Numbered from the stretch's first letter, positions 28,522 to 38,975 are shown. The stretch is 61,332 nt of DNA from Candidatus Gottesmanbacteria bacterium UBA5942 (GCA_002430725.1 DJCU01000042.1:1-61332), one strand, 5' to 3'. A program made the numbers and translations. The notes: generated by a model from the sequence alone, not told the origin.

Positions 28522-29232
28522 TTGCAACCAATACCAAAAGCAGAGTATCGTACATATAGGGTGAAAAAAATAAAGGAAAAGCCATCTGTCGATGTTGTAG
28601 AGTCTGCCTATCGTGTATGGGGATGGATTGTGATTGCGTGGGCGTTCTATCGATATTTTGTTCGGCTTCCAGAGTGGGTCGATGAGTTTGTTTTTAAGCC
28701 GATGATATTTGTGCTTCCTGTATTGTGGTATGTCAAAAATCGAGAGAAAAAACCATTTGCTTCATTGGGTCTTACCGCAAAGAATTTATTTACAAGTATT
28801 TATATCGGGTTAGGATTTGGATTTGTTTTTGCAGTGGAGGGGTTGGCGGCTAACGCGATCAAATACGGAAAAATTGAGATTGTACCTATTGCAGCATTTG
28901 AGGAGTATGGCCTAGGCATGCTCATTCTTTTGTCTGCAGCCACTGCATTTTCAGAAGAGTTGTTGAGTCGCGGATTTGTTTTTAGTCGTCTCATAGAGGG
29001 GAAGAGGGGACTCTTTTATGCTGCGTTAATATCCACGCTTATGTTTGTTGTGCTCCATATCCCCATACTGGCTTTTTCACTGAAGCTGCAAGGTGTTGCA
29101 CTTATTCTTTTCTTTGTCACCGATTTTATTTTGGGTTTTGCCAACGCGCTACTTTTTTACAATACAGGCTCATTAGTTGCCCCTATACTTGTCCATATTT
29201 TCTGGAATATGACGGTTGCTCTTTATCTTTAA
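28522..29232 (+). CDS. CPBP family intramembrane glutamic endopeptidase (CAAX protease-like)
   Basis: The EELLSRGF, FVVLH and HIFWN motifs sit in successive TM helices. The start is uncertain (TTG 28522 or GTG 28561). Confidence 0.8.
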   Translation: MQPIPKAEYRTYRVKKIKEKPSVDVVESAYRVWGWIVIAWAFYRYFVRLPEWVDEFVFKPMIFVLPVLWYVKNREKKPFASLGLTAKNLFTSIYIGLGFGFVFAVEGLAANAIKYGKIEIVPIAAFEEYGLGMLILLSAATAFSEELLSRGFVFSRLIEGKRGLFYAALISTLMFVVLHIPILAFSLKLQGVALILFFVTDFILGFANALLFYNTGSLVAPILVHIFWNMTVALYL

Positions 29233-29984
29233 GTAGTGAGCCAGCCGCCATCGACATATAGCGTTGCCCCGGTGGTGTAGGCAGCTTCATCTGACGCGAA
29301 GTAGACAACCGCAGCCGCGATTTCTTCAGATGTGCCAAATCGTTTGATAGGAAGACGTGCAGTCATCCCTTTTTTCGTTTCTTCTGTTGTTCCTTGGGTC
29401 ATTTCTGTTTCTATTCCGCCTGGGCCTATGGCGTTTACCGTAATACCGAGGGGACCCAGTTCTTGCGCTAACGCCTCTGTGAGGCCGATGACGCCACCCT
29501 TACTCGCGCAGTAGTGAGATATCATTGGAAATCCTACTCCAGTGCCACCAGAGGCAATAGAGGCGATGTTGATAATTCGTCCCCATTTGGTTTTCGTCAT
29601 TTCGCGAGCGGCAGCTTGCGCTGCATAAAAGTAACCCTTAAGGTTTGTATCAATAACTTTGTCCCATGCTTCCTCTTTCATGTCCAAGAAAGGGGAGTAA
29701 TCTAAATATCCCGCATTATTGACGAGTATATCGAGTTTACCGAAGGTTGTTATCGCTGTTTGTACTGCCGCATCTACTTCGTTTCGCTTGGTGACATCCA
29801 TTTGTACTGCTACCGCTTCTTTGCCACGTGATTTGATTTCGGCAACGAGTGCTACTAATTTATCCATTCTTCGTGCTGCTACTATCACTTTGGCACCCTG
29901 ATTTGCGAGGAGTATTGCGGTGGCCCTTCCCATGCCACTTGAAGCTCCGGTAACGAGTGCGACTTTTCCTGAAAGGTCAAACAT
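29229..29984 (-). CDS. SDR family oxidoreductase (FabG-like)
   Basis: TGASSGMG Rossmann motif, NNAG, and the S..YxxxK catalytic residues (YCASK). Confidence 0.9.
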   Translation of the reverse strand: MFDLSGKVALVTGASSGMGRATAILLANQGAKVIVAARRMDKLVALVAEIKSRGKEAVAVQMDVTKRNEVDAAVQTAITTFGKLDILVNNAGYLDYSPFLDMKEEAWDKVIDTNLKGYFYAAQAAAREMTKTKWGRIINIASIASGGTGVGFPMISHYCASKGGVIGLTEALAQELGPLGITVNAIGPGGIETEMTQGTTEETKKGMTARLPIKRFGTSEEIAAAVVYFASDEAAYTTGATLYVDGGWLTT

Positions 29985-30000
29985 AGGGTTATCCTCCTTC

Positions 30001-30471
30001 TTATTTCTTTTTTTCTAATGTGTAGCTTTTAAGAAGCAGCGTAAAAATGACAAACATGTTCACGGCGGAAATTGCACACCAGGTACACACTCCTTTAATG
30101 ACGGTAAGTTCGATATAGGTAAACCATGAGACAAAGAGTGCTCCAAATGTCGATATTCCGAGCATACCTTGCAGTGTCCATGGTTTATTTTTTGTGGTAC
30201 GCAAAAATGAAAAGAGTGCAAGCAGTGAGTAGCCCACTAACCCGACCGCTGGAACTGGTATTGTACCGAATAAATAGCTCGCGGGGTGTTTTCTGACAAG
30301 CTCACATCCGCTAGAAACACATACAATGCCGGTTTGGCGAATAAAGCTTTGAGTGACATAGATTGCCATGATAATGCCGAGCAGTGAAAGAAAAAAAACG
30401 ATGCGATTGATATTTCGTGATGTCTTGTTGGGGATTGGATTATTCATATATGTAGTATACAGAATTTCCAT
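30001..30471 (-). CDS. vitamin K epoxide reductase (VKOR) family protein
   Basis: 4-5 TM helices, Cys pair CVSSGC, and CTWC (CxxC) in the last helix. An alternative start is at 30447. Confidence 0.75.
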   Translation of the reverse strand: MEILYTTYMNNPIPNKTSRNINRIVFFLSLLGIIMAIYVTQSFIRQTGIVCVSSGCELVRKHPASYLFGTIPVPAVGLVGYSLLALFSFLRTTKNKPWTLQGMLGISTFGALFVSWFTYIELTVIKGVCTWCAISAVNMFVIFTLLLKSYTLEKKK

Positions 30472-30510
30472 AAATATTATGTGATGTATATCACATCGTA
30501 ATTGTGACCC

Positions 30511-31194
30511 ATGGGTGTATACTTAATGTACGATATGGCTAAAACTAACCCGCAAGCACTGAAAAAAATTGACGCATTTTTTGCTGATTATTCGTCAATG
30601 TCATATAAAAAAGGCGAGCTTATTTTGCGAGCAGAAGATGCGCCGTATGGGGTTTATTACCTTCAGAGTGGTTACGTACGACAATACTTGCTTTCATCCT
30701 CAGGAGAAACATTCATTGTTCATATTTACAAGCCCGGATCATTTTTTCCTTTGACATGGATATTGAATGATACGCCTAATGTATATCATTTTGAAGCGAT
30801 GACCCCAGCCACTCTTACCCGTGCGCCAAAAGATGCATTTTTGTCATTTATGAAAGAGTATCCGGAGGTGCTTTTTTACGCGACACAACGTTTGGCTTTG
30901 GGGTTAGCAGGATTTGTGAGTCGGGTGGCACAGTTGGTGCTTGATGACGCATATACAAAAACAATCCTGCTTATCCTGTATTATGCAGACAATTTCGGTG
31001 AGCAGACAAAAGAGGGGATTGCCCTCAAAGTTCCTTTGACACATCGCGAGATAGCATCATGGATAGGGACAACAAGAGAAACAGCAAGTTTACAGGTAGA
31101 GACCCTCGTTAAAAAAGGATTGTTAGCGACAAAAGGGAGATTGCTTATCGTCCGCAGCGTGCCGATGCTTCAGAAGGAAATCAATAAAGTATAA
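30511..31194 (+). CDS. Crp/Fnr family transcriptional regulator
   Basis: N-terminal cNMP-binding-like beta-roll and C-terminal HTH (REIASWIGTTRETASLQVETLVKKG). Confidence 0.8.
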   Translation: MGVYLMYDMAKTNPQALKKIDAFFADYSSMSYKKGELILRAEDAPYGVYYLQSGYVRQYLLSSSGETFIVHIYKPGSFFPLTWILNDTPNVYHFEAMTPATLTRAPKDAFLSFMKEYPEVLFYATQRLALGLAGFVSRVAQLVLDDAYTKTILLILYYADNFGEQTKEGIALKVPLTHREIASWIGTTRETASLQVETLVKKGLLATKGRLLIVRSVPMLQKEINKV

Positions 31195-31208
31195 GCCTTT
31201 GAGAAGGT

Positions 31209-33470
31209 TTATATACGTACACTTTTTAGTCTTAAAGAATTTCCAACTACAGAAATACTGCTTGCCGCCATGGCAAATGCAGCAAGCGCTGGGTTAAGAA
31301 GCCAGCCAGTGATGGGGTAGAGTGCTCCTGCGGCAACGGGGATGAGTACGACATTGTAGGCAAAAGCCCAGAACAAGTTTTGTTTGATAATTGAGAGCGT
31401 TGCTTTGGAGAGTGTGATGGCGGTAACAACGCTTTTTAAATCTTTATTAAGGAGTGTGATACCAGCGGATTCTATGGCAACATCGGTGCCAGTTCCCATT
31501 GCGATCCCAACATCTGCTCCTGCAAGTGCAGGCGCATCGTTAATACCATCACCAGAAAACGCAACAATTTCACCTTTCGCTTTTAGTTCGTTGATTTTTT
31601 GCGCTTTTTCCTGAGGAAGAACACCTGCAAGCACATGGTCAATGCCGGCCTGATTCGCGATAGCATTGGCCGTACGCTCATTATCTCCGGTGATCATCCA
31701 GACGGTTATATGGAGTCGCTTGAGGGCTGCGACCATGTCTTTTGCGTCATTTTTGAGCGTATCGGCAACCGCGATAAGCCCAAGTAATTGCTTTCCGGAT
31801 GAGAGCAGCATGACTGTTTTTCCTTGTGTTTCTAGCGCTGCAATCTTTTTTTCGTGTGTTTTATATACGACTGATTCGCGTGCCATAAGAAGTCGGTTGC
31901 CGAGGGCAAGCGATTTGCCAGCCACATCCCCGGTGACTCCGTGACCAGCAATTGCGTGAAAAGAGCGTAGTTTTGTAAGCGTGAGGTGTTTGTCTGTCGC
32001 AGCAGAAACGATTGCTTCTGCCAGTGAATGTTCAGAGCCTTTTTCGAGTGAAGCGGCAAGTGACAATATCTCGTTCGCGTTTATTTTTTCGACTGGGATA
32101 ACATCAGTGACGGTAGGTTTGCCGCGGGTGAGGGTGCCGGTTTTATCAAATACCGCAATTCGTATTTTATGAGCAGTTTCTAACGCTTCTGCATCTTTAA
32201 TGAGTACGCCACGTTCTGCACCTCTCCCAGTTCCGACCATAATTGCCGTTGGGGTAGCAAGGCCCAAGGCGCATGGACAGGCGATGATAAGTACTGCAAT
32301 AAGGTTGACAAATGCTTGTGTGGGAAGCCCTATATCGTACCAGATAACAAATGTTGCAACAGAAAGCATGAGCACTACCGGAACGAAATAGCCCGACACC
32401 ACATCAGCGAGTCGTTGGATGGGCGCTTTCGAGCTTTGGGCTTCTGACACCATTGTGACGATCTGGGAGAGCAATGTTTCATTGCCGACCTTTGTGGCGA
32501 CAAAGAGAAAAGTACCGGTACGATTGATAGTAGCTCCGATGACTGTGTCTCCCTGTTTTTTATCGACCGGAATGGATTCGCCCGTTACCATTGACTCATC
32601 GATTGAGCTTGACCCTTCGGAAATAGTGCCATCTACGGGGATTTTTTCACCCGGACGCACTCTGATGATGTCACCTTTTTTTACCTGATCTATAGGGATG
32701 TCAACTTCTTTGTTTCCTTTTACTACTCTGGCTGTTTTTGCTTGCAGATGAAGGAGTTTTTTGATGGCGTCTGACGTGTGAGCCTTTGCCTTTGCCTCTA
32801 AATAGCGCCCGAGAAGGATAAGCGTAATGATAACTGCCGCGGTGTCATAGTACATAGTCATAGGAACGCCAAGTGCTTCCAGCGGCTCAGGAAACAGCGT
32901 GGTGAGCAGTGAATAACCAAACGCTGCGGTTGTGCCAATAGCAATCAAGGTATCCATGCTCGCGGTTCTATTTTTTAGCCCTGACCAGGTCGCCTGATAG
33001 AATGATTTGCCCGCCCAGAACTGGACTGGAATGGTAAGCATAAGGAGAGTGGTAGGGGCGGCTAAAAATTCATAGGCCGCTGCAATACCCGAAAAAACTC
33101 CAGTGAACCATTCGGGGAAGCTCCCTAACATAACGAAGAAGCTTAATACCCCGGAAACGATAACTTTTGTTTTTAGTTCGACAAGCTCGTTTCGTTTGGC
33201 TTCCTCTTTTATATCGTCCGGCGTCATGACAGACCCTGATGCGGTTTTGCGGAGCTCGTCACCCACAACCGCCTTGTAGCCTGCGGCTGCGACTGCACCA
33301 GCCAGAGCTTCCGGTGTTGCGACCGAAGGATCACACTCAACGCTTGCCTGCTCAGAGCCGTAATTTACCGCGGCATCAAATACTCCGGGAGTTTTTTTAA
33401 GCTGCCGCTCTATAAGTCGGGCGCAACTTGAGCAATGCATGCCGATAATAGGGAAAGAGGTTTTTGTCAT
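31209..33470 (-). CDS. copA: copper-translocating P1B-type ATPase
   Basis: HMA domain GMHCSSCA, the TGES, CPC and DKTGTLT motifs, and GDGINDAP. The start ATG at 33470 forms an ATGA overlap with the upstream stop. Confidence 0.9.
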   Translation of the reverse strand: MTKTSFPIIGMHCSSCARLIERQLKKTPGVFDAAVNYGSEQASVECDPSVATPEALAGAVAAAGYKAVVGDELRKTASGSVMTPDDIKEEAKRNELVELKTKVIVSGVLSFFVMLGSFPEWFTGVFSGIAAAYEFLAAPTTLLMLTIPVQFWAGKSFYQATWSGLKNRTASMDTLIAIGTTAAFGYSLLTTLFPEPLEALGVPMTMYYDTAAVIITLILLGRYLEAKAKAHTSDAIKKLLHLQAKTARVVKGNKEVDIPIDQVKKGDIIRVRPGEKIPVDGTISEGSSSIDESMVTGESIPVDKKQGDTVIGATINRTGTFLFVATKVGNETLLSQIVTMVSEAQSSKAPIQRLADVVSGYFVPVVLMLSVATFVIWYDIGLPTQAFVNLIAVLIIACPCALGLATPTAIMVGTGRGAERGVLIKDAEALETAHKIRIAVFDKTGTLTRGKPTVTDVIPVEKINANEILSLAASLEKGSEHSLAEAIVSAATDKHLTLTKLRSFHAIAGHGVTGDVAGKSLALGNRLLMARESVVYKTHEKKIAALETQGKTVMLLSSGKQLLGLIAVADTLKNDAKDMVAALKRLHITVWMITGDNERTANAIANQAGIDHVLAGVLPQEKAQKINELKAKGEIVAFSGDGINDAPALAGADVGIAMGTGTDVAIESAGITLLNKDLKSVVTAITLSKATLSIIKQNLFWAFAYNVVLIPVAAGALYPITGWLLNPALAAFAMAASSISVVGNSLRLKSVRI

Positions 33471-33820
33471 ACGATGAGAATTTTTCCGTGATACATATTC
33501 ATACCGCAATGGATGTCGTAGGTGCCTGGTTTGGTTGGGGATAATGTAACGGTTACCTGTTTGTTCAGTGGTAAAAATTTCTTTATTTTAAAATCCGGTA
33601 GCACGATTTCTTCCAGGCAACTGTTTGGATCTTTGCGGGTAAATGTAAGGGTTGCTGGTTTATCGTGGGGGACAGTAATGGTGGATGGTTTATATCCACC
33701 TTCTACGATAATATTCCAAGTGGTTGCGGGGCTGCCTACCTCATCTTTTTTTCCAAAAAAGAACCAGTAGATAAATCCAATAGAAGAAATACCAAGTAAT
33801 GTGACGATGAGCTTATCCAT
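33467..33820 (-). CDS. membrane-anchored cupredoxin-like domain protein
   Basis: N-terminal TM helix and C-terminal [17 protein letters not shown] (Cys/Met/His metal site). Confidence 0.7.
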   Translation of the reverse strand: MDKLIVTLLGISSIGFIYWFFFGKKDEVGSPATTWNIIVEGGYKPSTITVPHDKPATLTFTRKDPNSCLEEIVLPDFKIKKFLPLNKQVTVTLSPTKPGTYDIHCGMNMYHGKILIV

Positions 33821-34097
33821 GTTGTTTTTCCATAACCTTCATCACTTCTTCGATGACTTCGTCAGTATTTCCTTTTTTTATTTCTTCCGCGACACAGGTA
33901 ACCAAGTGATTTCGAAGAATTTCTTGGTCTGTGCTTCGAAGTGCTGCTTGTACTGCAAGTGACTGATGGATTATATTGACGCAATAATCTCCATGTTCCA
34001 TCATGCGGATAACACGATTAAGATGCCCGCGTGCTATCTTCATGCGGTGGAGAATTTTTTGTTGTACGGTTTGATTTCGTGGTACTCCTTTTGGCAT
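33813..34097 (-). CDS. csoR: CsoR/RcnR family metal-sensing transcriptional repressor
   Basis: 94 aa with RMKIARGHLNRVIRMMEHGDYCVNIIHQSLAVQAAL, the DUF156/CsoR signature including the conserved Cys and His. Confidence 0.85.
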   Translation of the reverse strand: MPKGVPRNQTVQQKILHRMKIARGHLNRVIRMMEHGDYCVNIIHQSLAVQAALRSTDQEILRNHLVTCVAEEIKKGNTDEVIEEVMKVMEKQHG

Positions 34098-34128
34098 ATA
34101 TGTATTGTTATTTTTTCTAAAATAGATA

Positions 34129-34159
34129 TTGACTTATATCCCCCCAGTGGGGATATAAT
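34129..34159 (+). promoter_or_regulatory. promoter overlapped by a CsoR-type operator palindrome
   Basis: TTGACT at 34129..34134 and TATAAT at 34154..34159. A perfect 9-bp inverted repeat, TATATCCCC-ccagt-GGGGATATA (34135..34157), lies in the csoR/34217 divergent intergenic region. Confidence 0.6.
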
Positions 34160-34216
34160 GATCGTATCATGTTTATGAGAGTTGTCAAGACATCTCTGAT
34201 AAACTAGTAGCACTAT

Positions 34217-35224
34217 ATGCCTAATCTTTGGATTATATATACTACTGGACTCGTTGCAGGAGGGTTGACGTGTATGGCGGTGCAGGGTGGCTTACTCGTT
34301 ACCGCACTTTCATCAGAGGAAGAAACGCATCCTCGTGGGTCACGCGCGTGGGGAGTCGCGGCATTTTTACTCGCAAAGCTTATTTCTCATGCTGCATTAG
34401 GGTTTTTCTTAGGATGGGCTGGTTCACTTGTCGGGTTGTCACCGCGAGTACAGGCGATAGGTATCGGTTTGGCTTCGTTTTTTATGATCGGTACGGCACT
34501 TTCATTTCTTGAGGTGCATCCGCTATTTCGATACTTTGTCATACAGCCACCACGGTTGCTTACGAGATTTATAAGAGGGAGGGCGAAGGCAGGTGGTGTC
34601 TTTGCCCCATTTGTAATTGGATTACTTTCTATATTTATTCCCTGTGGTACGACACAGGCGATGATGGCGCTTGCTGCTGGTACAGGAAGCCCCTGGTGGG
34701 GGATGGCGACATTGTTTGTGTTCGTGTTAGGAACTGCACCACTGTTTTTTCTTCTTGGGGTGTCGATAGATGTTATCAAAGCAACGCTGAAGGATAAGTT
34801 TGGTGTAGTAGCTGCAACGCTCGTGACAGTGCTTGCATTGGTAAACCTTAATGCTGCGCTTACTCTCTATGGTTCGAAAGTGACATTGCATTCGTTAGGG
34901 CGCGCTATGTATTGCACCATAACGTTTTGTCCGGGAGAACGAGGTGGAGGAGAGCCAACGACAGAGCCGGTTATTTCGTTTTGGCTCAATGGATACAGAA
35001 TAGATAATCCAGTTATTCCAAAGGGAGAAGAAATTACTCTTACTCTTACTAATACTGCAGGAGAAGGATGTGTTCAGGCGTTTACGATCCCACAACTGGG
35101 GTTGCAGGAGGTGGTGCCGGTGGGGCAGACAACTACGCTGAAATTTACCGCTCCAGAAACCAGCGGAGAACTCCCATTTAGTTGTAGTATGGGAATGTAT
35201 GGAGGATCATTTATTGTGCAATAA
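34217..35224 (+). CDS. TauE/SafE-like polytopic membrane protein fused to a C-terminal cupredoxin-like domain
   Basis: About 7 TM helices, then GEEITLTLTN..PFSCSMGMYGGSFIV, which parallels the C-terminus of the 33467..33820 product. Confidence 0.6.
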   Translation: MPNLWIIYTTGLVAGGLTCMAVQGGLLVTALSSEEETHPRGSRAWGVAAFLLAKLISHAALGFFLGWAGSLVGLSPRVQAIGIGLASFFMIGTALSFLEVHPLFRYFVIQPPRLLTRFIRGRAKAGGVFAPFVIGLLSIFIPCGTTQAMMALAAGTGSPWWGMATLFVFVLGTAPLFFLLGVSIDVIKATLKDKFGVVAATLVTVLALVNLNAALTLYGSKVTLHSLGRAMYCTITFCPGERGGGEPTTEPVISFWLNGYRIDNPVIPKGEEITLTLTNTAGEGCVQAFTIPQLGLQEVVPVGQTTTLKFTAPETSGELPFSCSMGMYGGSFIVQ

Positions 35225-35236
35225 AGAAAGTTATTT

Positions 35237-35440
35237 ATGAAAACGAAAAAAATTTATGAGATAGAGGGGATGCATTGTTCAAGCTGCGCAATGCTCATTG
35301 AAGGAGAATTGGAAGACCGAGGGATTATTGGAACATGTAACTTTGCGAAGCAAATTGTGACGATCGAAACTGAAGGTGAAATTCACGATGATGTGGTAAA
35401 ACAGGCGGTGATAGCCGCAGGGTATCGTGTTCGAAAATAA
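35237..35440 (+). CDS. copZ: heavy-metal-associated (HMA) copper chaperone
   Basis: 67 aa with GMHCSSCA. Confidence 0.85.
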   Translation: MKTKKIYEIEGMHCSSCAMLIEGELEDRGIIGTCNFAKQIVTIETEGEIHDDVVKQAVIAAGYRVRK

Positions 35441-35559
35441 GGGGTACATACTTCGTTTAGAGCATATCAACAGCCTAAAATAGACGGGGTTTACAGAACG
35501 TTTTCCAGTGGTATACTGAAAATCCTAAATATAACAGGTGATGTTGCAAAGGAGGCAAT

Positions 35560-35868
35560 ATGGCAGATGTAACAGATCAAACATTTGATGCAGAAGTATT
35601 ACAATCCGATAAACCAGTGCTTGTCGATTTTTGGGCGGTATGGTGTGGACCTTGTCAGGTGCAAGGGCCTATCGTTGAAGAGGTTGCTGCGGCAGTAGGG
35701 GATAAAGCAAAGGTGCTCAAGTTAAATGTTGATGAAAATCCTGTAAATGCACAAAAATATGGAATTATGAGTATTCCAACCCTCATGGTATTTAATGGGG
35801 GAAATGTTACCAAGCAGTTTATTGGAGTGACCAGCAAAGACACGCTGCTTGCGGAATTGAATAAATAA
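35560..35868 (+). CDS. trxA: thioredoxin
   Basis: WAVWCGPC active site, 102 aa. Confidence 0.9.
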   Translation: MADVTDQTFDAEVLQSDKPVLVDFWAVWCGPCQVQGPIVEEVAAAVGDKAKVLKLNVDENPVNAQKYGIMSIPTLMVFNGGNVTKQFIGVTSKDTLLAELNK

Positions 35869-35894
35869 ATACTGCCTCGTTTTTTAAAAAAACA

Positions 35895-36845
35895 ATGACC
35901 TACGATGTCATCATCATCGGTTCAGGACCAGCGGGCTACACAGCCGCATTGTATACATCTCGTGCATTTCTTAAAACCCTTGTTTTATCGGGATTTGAGC
36001 CTGGTGGACAGCTTACCACCACGACCGAAGTTGATAATTATCCTGGATTTCCAAAAGGAATTATGGGACCACAGTTGGTGACAGATATGAAAGCCCAGGT
36101 AGAGCGTTTTGGCGCGGAAATAAAACAAGAGGTGGTTACAGAAATTAACAAAGAATCGGTATTTACAATTACAACGCAAAGCGGCAAATACACCGCAAAA
36201 ACAGTCATTGTGGCAACTGGCGCTTCTGCCATGTATCTTGGGTTACCAAGTGAGGAAAAGCTTAAAGGTAAGGGAGTGTCTGCATGTGCCACGTGTGACG
36301 GATTTTTTTTCCGCGGGAAAGTGGTGACGGTCATAGGAGGCGGGGATACCGCCATGGAAGAGGCAACATTTCTTACGAAATTCGCACCAAAAGTAACTGT
36401 TATTCATCGGAGAGATGAATTCCGAGCATCCGCTATCATGCTTGATAGGGCAAAAAAAGACGAGCGAATTACATTTCTTACCAACAAAATTGTTGAGGAA
36501 ATATTGGGAGAAACTGAAGTTACCGGGGTGAGACTGAAGGATGCAAAAACCGGAGAGATGATTGATTACCCCACGCAAGGCGTGTTTTTGGCAATAGGAC
36601 ATAAACCCAATACAGATTTCTTGAAAGGATTTATTGATTTAGATCCTAAAGGATATGTGGCAGTGAAACGAGCTGAAACGCCGTTGTCTCCACAAACGGA
36701 AACGAGTGTGCCCGGCGTTTTTGCAGCCGGGGATTGCGTAGATCCGCGATATCGACAGGCAATTGTTGCTGCAGGACAGGGATGCATGGCAGCAATGGAC
36801 GCGGAGAAATACTTAGAAACTCATGGCACAGAAGATCACGCTTAG
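35895..36845 (+). CDS. trxB: thioredoxin-disulfide reductase
   Basis: GSGPAG FAD motif, CATCDG redox centre, GGGDTAMEEA NADPH motif. Confidence 0.9.
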   Translation: MTYDVIIIGSGPAGYTAALYTSRAFLKTLVLSGFEPGGQLTTTTEVDNYPGFPKGIMGPQLVTDMKAQVERFGAEIKQEVVTEINKESVFTITTQSGKYTAKTVIVATGASAMYLGLPSEEKLKGKGVSACATCDGFFFRGKVVTVIGGGDTAMEEATFLTKFAPKVTVIHRRDEFRASAIMLDRAKKDERITFLTNKIVEEILGETEVTGVRLKDAKTGEMIDYPTQGVFLAIGHKPNTDFLKGFIDLDPKGYVAVKRAETPLSPQTETSVPGVFAAGDCVDPRYRQAIVAAGQGCMAAMDAEKYLETHGTEDHA

Positions 36846-37521
36846 TGTTGCGTCAAAAGAGCAGGTGACCGATAAAGTATATTTCGTCACCTTTACCCTC
36901 GTGTCGCCCCCGAGTATCGATTTCCGTGCAGGACAAAACATGATGCTTATGGTGGCTCCGGGGGTTAATCGGACGATGTCGATCGCATCACCGCCTTCTG
37001 AAGCCCAGTCGTTGCTTATGGTGCATGATGTGAGTCCTATGGGGCCTGGAAGTAAGTGGACATTGGGCTTGCGCGTTGGTGATACAGCGACTATTGTTGC
37101 CCCCACAGGGGGTGTGTTGTCGTTTGTCGAATCACCACGAAAAAAAGTGATGATAGCAACAGGTACCGGGATTGCGCCATTTCGATCTATGATCCTTGAT
37201 TATTTTAACAGGGACGGGCAGGCCAAAATTGAACTTTATTGGGGACAGCGGTTTGAGAAAGATATCTATTGGAAAGAGGAGTTCGACCAGTTACAATCTC
37301 GTCACCCGTCATTTACTTGGCATCAGATATTATCTCAGCCAACTGATGGTTGGGAAGGGCTGCGAGGGCACGTCACTGAACATATGTTTGATCGGGAAAA
37401 AGACATGGTGGAGAGCGAATTTTATCTCTGTGGGAACAAGGGGATGATAGAGGAGGTGCGGGAGCGATTATTAGCACATAATGTACCCAAAGAGCAGATT
37501 AAATCAGAGCTATTTTACTAA
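36823..37521 (+). CDS. FNR-like FAD/NAD(P)-binding oxidoreductase
   Basis: R.MSIAS (RxYS-type FAD motif) and GTGIAPFRSM NAD motif. It overlaps the trxB end by 23 nt. Confidence 0.7.
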   Translation: MAQKITLSVASKEQVTDKVYFVTFTLVSPPSIDFRAGQNMMLMVAPGVNRTMSIASPPSEAQSLLMVHDVSPMGPGSKWTLGLRVGDTATIVAPTGGVLSFVESPRKKVMIATGTGIAPFRSMILDYFNRDGQAKIELYWGQRFEKDIYWKEEFDQLQSRHPSFTWHQILSQPTDGWEGLRGHVTEHMFDREKDMVESEFYLCGNKGMIEEVRERLLAHNVPKEQIKSELFY

Positions 37522-37563
37522 ACAAACTATAGGTATTGAGTACTATTTATAATAGGAGGAATT

Positions 37564-38895
37564 ATGTCTACTATAAACCCATTTTTATCAGCGATGAAGC
37601 AGTTGGACAATGCACATGCAGCGCTTACCAAGGGTAAGAAAAAAAATACCGCTATAGATCAAAAAGTTGCGCAGCTTCGAGAGCCACAACGCATGGTGAA
37701 TGTCTCTATACCAGTTGTCATGGACGATGGTTCGCAGAAAATATTTCAGGGATACCGCGTGCAATTTAATAATAGTCGAGGCGCTTACAAAGGGGGTATT
37801 CGATATCATCACAATGTCAGTCTCGATGAAGTGAAGGCGTTGTCATTTTGGATGGCGATGAAATGCGCAGTAGCAGATCTTCCCCTCGGGGGAGGGAAAG
37901 GTGGCATTATCGTTGACCCCAAATCACTTTCGGTAGGTGAGCTTGAGAGATTGAGCCGAGGATACGGAAAAGCAATAGCAGACATTATTGGCCCTGATAT
38001 TGATGTACCTGCGCCTGACGTGAACACAAATGGAATTATTATGGGGTGGATGGTGGATGAGTTTTTGAAGGTGCAGCGAAAAAAAGCAAAGCTACTTGGT
38101 GTGACGCTGACGAAGCGTGATGAGATGAAGCTAAAAAGCACGTTTACGGGGAAAGCTATTCGCGATGGGGGAAGCGAAGGGCGAGAAGAAGCAACAGGAT
38201 TAGGCGGACTATTTGTGCTCAAGACAATACTAAAAAAACTTCGATTAAAAGGGAGGCTTACCGCAGCGGTACAGGGATTTGGGAATGTTGGGTACAACAT
38301 CGTGAAGTTTTTGGATGAAGCGGGAATTACTGTGGTCGCAGTTTCAGACAGTAAAGGCGGCATTTATGTTCCTGAAGGTATAAATCCTGCTCTTACGCTT
38401 GAGTGTAAAAAGAAGAATGGTCCGCCAGATGGCGGATTAGCGGGATGTTATTGTTCCGGTTCAGTATGTGATTTGAAAAAAGGGAAGCAGGTGACGAATG
38501 ATGCATTGTTGGAGTTGCCGGTCGATATATTGGTCCCGGCCGCGCTTGAAAACGCGATAACCGAAAAAAATGCCAGCAAGGTGAGGGCGAAAGTAGTGCT
38601 TGAGATGGCAAACGGCCCAACAACGCCTGAAGCAGACGTTATTCTTTATAAGAAAGGTATTCCGGTTATTCCCGATATCTTAAGTAACAGCGGGGGAGTG
38701 ACCGTATCAGCATTCGAATGGGAGCAGAACCTGAAAGGGCAGCATTGGACAAAAGCCCAAGTAAATACGAAGCTTGCCAAAAAAATGACTGATGCAGCCG
38801 GGGCGGTGTGGATCGCTTCGGTTTCGCATAAGACAGATTTGCGAACAGCGGCATTTATCGTGGCTCTCGAGCGAATACTCAAAGCCATGAAATAG
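37564..38895 (+). CDS. gdh: Glu/Leu/Phe/Val dehydrogenase family (probable glutamate dehydrogenase)
   Basis: KGGIRYHH..LPLGGGKGGI catalytic-Lys block and GFGNVG Rossmann motif. Confidence 0.85.
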   Translation: MSTINPFLSAMKQLDNAHAALTKGKKKNTAIDQKVAQLREPQRMVNVSIPVVMDDGSQKIFQGYRVQFNNSRGAYKGGIRYHHNVSLDEVKALSFWMAMKCAVADLPLGGGKGGIIVDPKSLSVGELERLSRGYGKAIADIIGPDIDVPAPDVNTNGIIMGWMVDEFLKVQRKKAKLLGVTLTKRDEMKLKSTFTGKAIRDGGSEGREEATGLGGLFVLKTILKKLRLKGRLTAAVQGFGNVGYNIVKFLDEAGITVVAVSDSKGGIYVPEGINPALTLECKKKNGPPDGGLAGCYCSGSVCDLKKGKQVTNDALLELPVDILVPAALENAITEKNASKVRAKVVLEMANGPTTPEADVILYKKGIPVIPDILSNSGGVTVSAFEWEQNLKGQHWTKAQVNTKLAKKMTDAAGAVWIASVSHKTDLRTAAFIVALERILKAMK

Positions 38896-38914
38896 TGTAT
38901 TGTTAATTGCTCGC

Positions 38915-38944
38915 TTGACACGTATGCCTACATGACACTACTAT
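38915..38944 (+). promoter_or_regulatory. candidate promoter 1 of the novel cluster
   Basis: TTGACA (38915..38920)-N18-TACTAT (38939..38944). Confidence 0.45.
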
Positions 38945-38975
38945 GGGTATAGAAACGAGCGCTGCCTCAAGCTTG

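Noticed and set aside
31247-32688. Multiple 60-92-aa ORFs antisense or out of frame within copA. Similar ORFs occur within valS, ftsH, the ABC genes and other genes.
   Set aside because: They are embedded in long, motif-rich genes on the opposite strand or in another frame. They show no RBS or recognisable motifs and are typical shadow ORFs.
37564-38895. Apparent insertions in the glutamate dehydrogenase homolog (LKVQRKKAKLLGVTLTKRDEMKLKS, and a Cys-containing GCYCSGSVC segment).
   Set aside because: I cannot verify without an alignment that these are insertions rather than normal family variation, and they carry no recognisable motif.
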